Positions 35,701-38,145 of a stretch of 38,145 nucleotides of DNA are shown here, piece by piece; the stretch's first letter is position 1; every line of letters starts with the position of its first letter. Origin of the DNA: Callorhinchus milii. Taxonomy: Eukaryota. The notes beneath the pieces are model-generated. The model was not told where the DNA came from. It did no database searches and saw nothing but the letters and a program-made list of their open reading frames with translations. Both the position numbers and the translations under genes were made by a program. The stretch spans positions 211,856-250,000 of the forward strand of contig NW_024704801.1 of NCBI RefSeq assembly GCF_018977255.1, read 5' to 3'.

Positions 35701-37597
35701 CAAACATGTCGTCGTACAGACTGACTTTGGTCTGATCGTTAGATACGATGGCAATCATCACATGGACATCAAGGTTCCCAGCGAGTAAGTCACTTCAGGA
35801 CTCGTTGCTAATAACAATGACACTCTGAAGTTGCATCTGCTTTCTGTTCTGTGCATATTTCACGTCTGTATGAATCACAGCTAAAGGCGTTATGTTATCT
35901 CTGTGCAGCTACGCTGACGAGCTGTGTGGCCTGTGCGGTGACTACAATGGAAGCCCCAGTGATGACTTCAGGACTCGTGAGGGAAAGCTGGTGAAGGGCG
36001 TCAATGACTTTGGGAACAGCTGGAACGTGGACGACAAGTAAGTTTAAAAGCTTTGAAGACGATACTGGTTTCTTTGGTCTGTGAAGTACACGAATAAGTT
36101 GGTTAATATGTTCAGTTAAAGAATGTCTTGTCCCTCTGGACAACATCAAGCAGGATTGGCGAAAGAGATGAACATACAACCTTCTCTGTGTTGGCTAATG
36201 TTGGCTTAAAATGTTTGCCTTACTACCCAGCTGCACCAAGACTGACAGTGATGTGGACCCAGAGTGTACTGAGGAAGAGACAGACAAATATGAAGGACCT
36301 GCCTACTGTGGGATATTGGTGGATCCATTCGGCCCCTTCGCTGCCTGTCACTACAAAATTGACCCCACGGTATGTCCACTTCCTTGTCTTAGCTCCTTTT
36401 CTTTCATTCCTTCATTCATTTCCTCCCGTTCACCTCACCGCCCAAACTTGTGACATAAAGAGCTTGTGATTATCACCAAGAGACTCATGTGTCTTCACTA
36501 TGAGAAGCATCAACATCTGAAGCTCCAATCTATTTTCTTCCAACAGTCCTTCTTCAACGACTGTGTGTACGACATGTGTGAGCTGGACGGCAGTAAGACG
36601 GAGCTGTGCGACGCTTTGGAGGCCTATGTCAATGAGTGTCAGCAACGCAACATCACCATCGATTCCTGGAGAAACAGCACCTTCTGCCGTACGTACCAAT
36701 GAGAGTGATTATCAGCGTAAACGCCAAATCAATTTTAAAACAGCGATTCTTCACATGCTTCTCTGTGCCTGTTCTCTCCAGCTCTCACATGCCCACCTAA
36801 CAGCCACTACGAACCCTGTACGTCAGCCTGTCCAGCCACCTGCCTTAACCCTACACCTCCTTCCTGCGACCTCCCCTGTGTGGAAGGCTGTCAGTGCGAT
36901 AAAGGATTTGTACTGAGCGGAGACCAGTGTGTGCCCAAAAAACAATGTGGCTGTTTTTACAACGGAACCGAATATCAGGTAATGTCACAAGGAATTCTTG
37001 CAAATCTGAGAAATTAATTTCAGGCGCCAAGTACATTGTATTTCTGATTGAATTCTCCTTGTTCTAGCCAGGTGAGGTGATCTGGTCTAAGGCCTGTGAC
37101 CAAGTATGTACTTGTCAGTCAAGCAACAACATCAAGTGCAAAGATACAAGCTGTGATCCGGACGAGTACTGTGGCAGTGAAGGTGGTGTTCAGGGCTGTT
37201 ACCCTAAAGGTAAAGAGGGCCAACACTTTAACCGTCATTAACATCCTTTCGAACATTCCATCAAATTCGCTGCTGCTTCTTTCCTTTGTCCCTGGGAGAG
37301 AATTCAACAAGAAGACAAACGCTAAACAGTGTGAACTTCCCCGTTACCTCCTTAGGTTCATCCACATGTACTGCATCTGGAGATCCCCACTACACCTCCT
37401 TTGACAAGAAGAAGTTTAATTTCCATGGAAACTGTACGTACGTCATGTCCCAGACCTGCAACTCCACACAGACCCCATTCGCTGTGTACGCATCCAACGA
37501 GCATAGGAACGGGAAAAAAACTGTGTCGTATGTGAAAGCCGTCTATGTGCAGGTGTACGGGATCACCGTGTCCATACTCAAGAAGAAAGTTGTCCAG
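17715..37597 (+). CDS. ZAN: Zonadhesin-like gene, 43 exons in window, 3'-incomplete (SP-MAM-MAM-mucin-TIL-[VWD-C8-TIL-VWC-like]x4-VWD...)
   Basis: All exon junctions are phase-compatible, 6435 nt = 2145 codons, no stops seen. N-terminus RPRKPPDRN...[19 protein letters not shown] parallels mammalian ZAN (RKEKPPDQK...LTQCDFEDDAKPLCDWSQ, from memory). MAM-mucin-D domain order is diagnostic. Confidence 0.9.
17875..18213 (-). mobile_element. tRNA-SINE in ZAN-like intron 1
   Basis: Same family, reverse orientation. Confidence 0.88.
19219..19289 (+). CDS. ZAN: ZAN-like exon 2
   Basis: ctccacag|A CCA AGA... [24 protein letters not shown], donor CAG|gtcagt. Phase 2 to 1 bridges exons 1 and 3. Confidence 0.78.
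19300..20152 (+). mobile_element. Two CR1-like 3' fragments (~19300-19737 and 19955-20152)
   Basis: Degenerate ORF2 end, tails ttcttatattcttatat and attctatgattctatga. Confidence 0.7.
20371..20517 (+). CDS. ZAN: ZAN-like exon 3, MAM1
   Basis: [49 protein letters not shown], canonical ag/gtaagt. Confidence 0.92.
21041..21300 (+). CDS. ZAN: ZAN-like exon 4, MAM1
   Basis: [40 protein letters not shown]...TSIK, donor gtaagg. Confidence 0.92.
21350..21620 (+). mobile_element. L2-clade LINE 3' fragment
   Basis: Collinear with 25535-25800 (ggcggtcaggccttcagcctctctgccccc...). Confidence 0.8.
21673..21757 (+). CDS. ZAN: ZAN-like exon 5, MAM1 end
   Basis: [28 protein letters not shown], donor gtaagt. 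Confidence 0.92.
22215..22355 (+). CDS. ZAN: ZAN-like exon 6, MAM2
   Basis: [47 protein letters not shown], donor gtaagt. Confidence 0.92.
22985..23149 (+). CDS. ZAN: ZAN-like exon 7, MAM2 (GC donor)
   Basis: [22 protein letters not shown]...[12 protein letters not shown]...VYAQKQ, donor AAG|gcaagt gives the required phase 1. Confidence 0.85.
23711..23808 (+). CDS. ZAN: ZAN-like exon 8, MAM2
   Basis: [33 protein letters not shown], donor gtaggc. Confidence 0.88.
24479..24560 (+). CDS. ZAN: ZAN-like exon 9, MAM2 end
   Basis: [27 protein letters not shown] (DIALD MAM motif), donor gtaaga. Confidence 0.92.
24872..24928 (+). CDS. ZAN: ZAN-like exon 10, mucin cassette 1
   Basis: 57 nt, phase 1-1, [19 protein letters not shown]. 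Confidence 0.85.
25162..25218 (+). CDS. ZAN: ZAN-like exon 11, mucin cassette 2
   Basis: 57 nt, phase 1-1, [19 protein letters not shown], weaker donor gtcaga. Confidence 0.8.
25303..25804 (+). mobile_element. L2-clade LINE 3' fragment with 8-bp target-site duplication
   Basis: Encodes [35 protein letters not shown] (L2 ORF2 C-terminus), (TTG)n tail, flanked by TGAATCCC at 25295-25302 and 25805-25812. Confidence 0.88.
25854..25910 (+). CDS. ZAN: ZAN-like exon 12, mucin cassette 3
   Basis: 57 nt, phase 1-1, [19 protein letters not shown], donor gtaaga. Confidence 0.85.
26157..26540 (+). mobile_element. tRNA-SINE
   Basis: Full head-core-tail. Confidence 0.85.
26564..26754 (+). CDS. ZAN: ZAN-like exon 13, TIL domain (partial D0)
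   Basis: [41 protein letters not shown]...[11 protein letters not shown]. Confidence 0.93.
26861..27258 (+). mobile_element. Full-length tRNA-derived SINE (Deu-domain type), reference copy
   Basis: Head GGAGTCCTG..CAGTGGTTAGAGCACTCGCCTCGCAAGTGAGAGGACCCAGGTTTGATTCC with A/B boxes, core TGTGCAATTGGCTGCCGCG, LINE-like tail TGTGAAGCGCTTTGAG...AAATGCAAGG(ATT)n. Confidence 0.9.
27330..27471 (+). CDS. ZAN: ZAN-like exon 14, VWC/TILa-like
   Basis: [47 protein letters not shown]. Confidence 0.92.
27784..28025 (+). CDS. ZAN: ZAN-like exon 15, VWD1 start (GDPH)
   Basis: [35 protein letters not shown]...KKKVVQ. Confidence 0.94.
28270..28418 (+). CDS. ZAN: ZAN-like exon 16, VWD1
   Basis: [49 protein letters not shown]. 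Confidence 0.93.
28543..28671 (+). CDS. ZAN: ZAN-like exon 17, VWD1 end (CGLCG)
   Basis: [42 protein letters not shown]. Confidence 0.94.
28863..29001 (+). CDS. ZAN: ZAN-like exon 18, C8 start
   Basis: [46 protein letters not shown]. Confidence 0.93.
29175..29316 (+). CDS. ZAN: ZAN-like exon 19, C8
   Basis: [47 protein letters not shown]. Confidence 0.93.
29410..29606 (+). CDS. ZAN: ZAN-like exon 20, TIL
   Basis: [66 protein letters not shown]. Confidence 0.93.
29720..29916 (+). mobile_element. L2-like 3' fragment inside the repeat unit (also ~32176-32372 and 34632-34828)
   Basis: cctcttcgaccgtgcc...aagcgctctgggacg...gctatataaatgcaagttg tail. Confidence 0.7.
29945..30086 (+). CDS. ZAN: ZAN-like exon 21, VWC/TILa-like
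   Basis: [47 protein letters not shown]. Confidence 0.93.
30224..32542 (+). CDS. ZAN: ZAN-like D unit 2, exons 22-28
   Basis: Exons 30224-30465, 30724-30872, 30997-31125, 31319-31457, 31631-31772, 31866-32062, 32401-32542. Same lengths and phases as exons 15-21. Confidence 0.92.
32680..34998 (+). CDS. ZAN: ZAN-like D unit 3, exons 29-35
   Basis: Exons 32680-32921, 33180-33328, 33453-33581, 33775-33913, 34087-34228, 34322-34518, 34857-34998. Exactly +2456 from unit 2. Confidence 0.92.
35136..37209 (+). CDS. ZAN: ZAN-like D unit 4, exons 36-42
   Basis: Exons 35136-35377, 35636-35784, 35909-36037, 36231-36369, 36547-36688, 36782-36978, 37068-37209. Confidence 0.92.
37356..37597 (+). CDS. ZAN: ZAN-like exon 43, VWD5 start (GDPH); gene continues beyond the window
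   Basis: cttag|GT TCA TCC ACA TGT... [13 protein letters not shown]...KKKVVQ|gtgaga. Confidence 0.92.
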
Positions 37598-37734
37598 GTG
37601 AGAAAAGAGCGCCCCTCCCTTCCTGTCTGGGAGACGTCTAATGTTCAATGTGACCCACTTTCTGCTGACTGATGAGGAGTGTCGTTAAAGTAAGCTGAGG
37701 GAAATGTGCTGTGTACTTTTATTTCTGTCTGTGA

Positions 37735-37952
37735 AGTCTTGTGGCTTAGTGGTTAGAGCACTTGCCTAACACACAAGCAAGAGGACCTGGGTTCAATTCC
37801 CAAGCAGGGCGAAATGTTGGGCAATTTTCCTTTGCTCTCCATACCCACACACCTCTGTTTACCTAGCAGTCAGTAGGAACTCCATTGTCAGTCAATTGAC
37901 GAATTGCTTTTTTTTCTGGGGATGATAATCCCTTCAAAAAAGTATTATTAAT
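37735..37952 (+). mobile_element. tRNA-SINE 5' half
   Basis: ggcttagtggttagagcacttgcc...gaggacctgggttcaattcc. Confidence 0.8.
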
Positions 37953-38145
37953 ATTCTAGAGGTTAGTGAATGACTTTCTAATTGTCTATCTGATACAGTA
38001 TAGTATTGAGGTCTCGCCATCATTTCCTGTGGTCATTCCAGATGTCATTGAGGGCTAGTTCACATCTGTGCTTGTTATTGAAGGCAAAGTGATTGAGGAG
38101 GTGGCAGGCAGTCAATGCTGAAATCTGATGAGTGATGTGCTTTGT

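Larger units (their letters stand above)
27740..37610 (+). repeat. Tandem segmental array, period 2456 bp, about 4 copies plus partial fifth
   Basis: Exons and introns recur at offsets 2454-2460 (e.g. 29175/31631/34087/36547) with only scattered substitutions. Confidence 0.97.

Noticed and set aside
28529-36699. Recurrent minus-strand ORFs (MYVHLF..., MVRTAEG..., MERKLM..., MDEELL...)
   Set aside because: Antisense shadows of the duplicated exons. They recur only because the DNA is duplicated.
27784-37597. Calling the large gene FCGBP or TECTA
   Set aside because: The N-terminal MAM-MAM-mucin organisation and ZAN-like leader fit zonadhesin. FCGBP lacks MAM domains and TECTA starts with NIDO.
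27740-37610. Regularly spaced repeats as a CRISPR-like or mobile array
   Set aside because: The period is 2456 bp and the units are spliced coding cassettes. There is no repeat-spacer structure and no cas genes.

Overview
Vertebrate (eukaryotic) genomic DNA, most likely from a cartilaginous fish, inferred from its Deu-domain tRNA-SINEs and CR1/L2 LINE remnants. Most ORF-track entries are spurious, and the real genes have to be assembled from exons. There are two + strand genes. (1) The 3' part of a TSC22-domain gene, most similar to TSC22D4: a short-isoform first exon at 3019-3221, the TSC-box exon at 5240-5291, the leucine-zipper terminal exon at 6959-7186, and a ~4 kb 3' UTR ending near AATAAA at 11215. 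(2) A zonadhesin (ZAN)-like gene starting at ATG 17715 and running past the window end. I traced 43 phase-compatible exons for it, 6435 coding nt (2145 aa): signal peptide, 2 MAM domains, 3 tiny mucin exons, TIL/VWC-like, then four near-identical 2456-bp genomic units (7 exons, 380 aa each: VWD-C8-TIL-VWC-like) and the start of a fifth VWD. There is a 147-N assembly gap at 4542-4688. The most unusual signals are the homogenised VWD array with mosaic SNPs, the exon-cassette mucin region, a GC-AG intron, and duplicated out-of-frame splice acceptors in front of the last TSC22D exon. I found no prokaryote-type system (CRISPR, operon, defence island).
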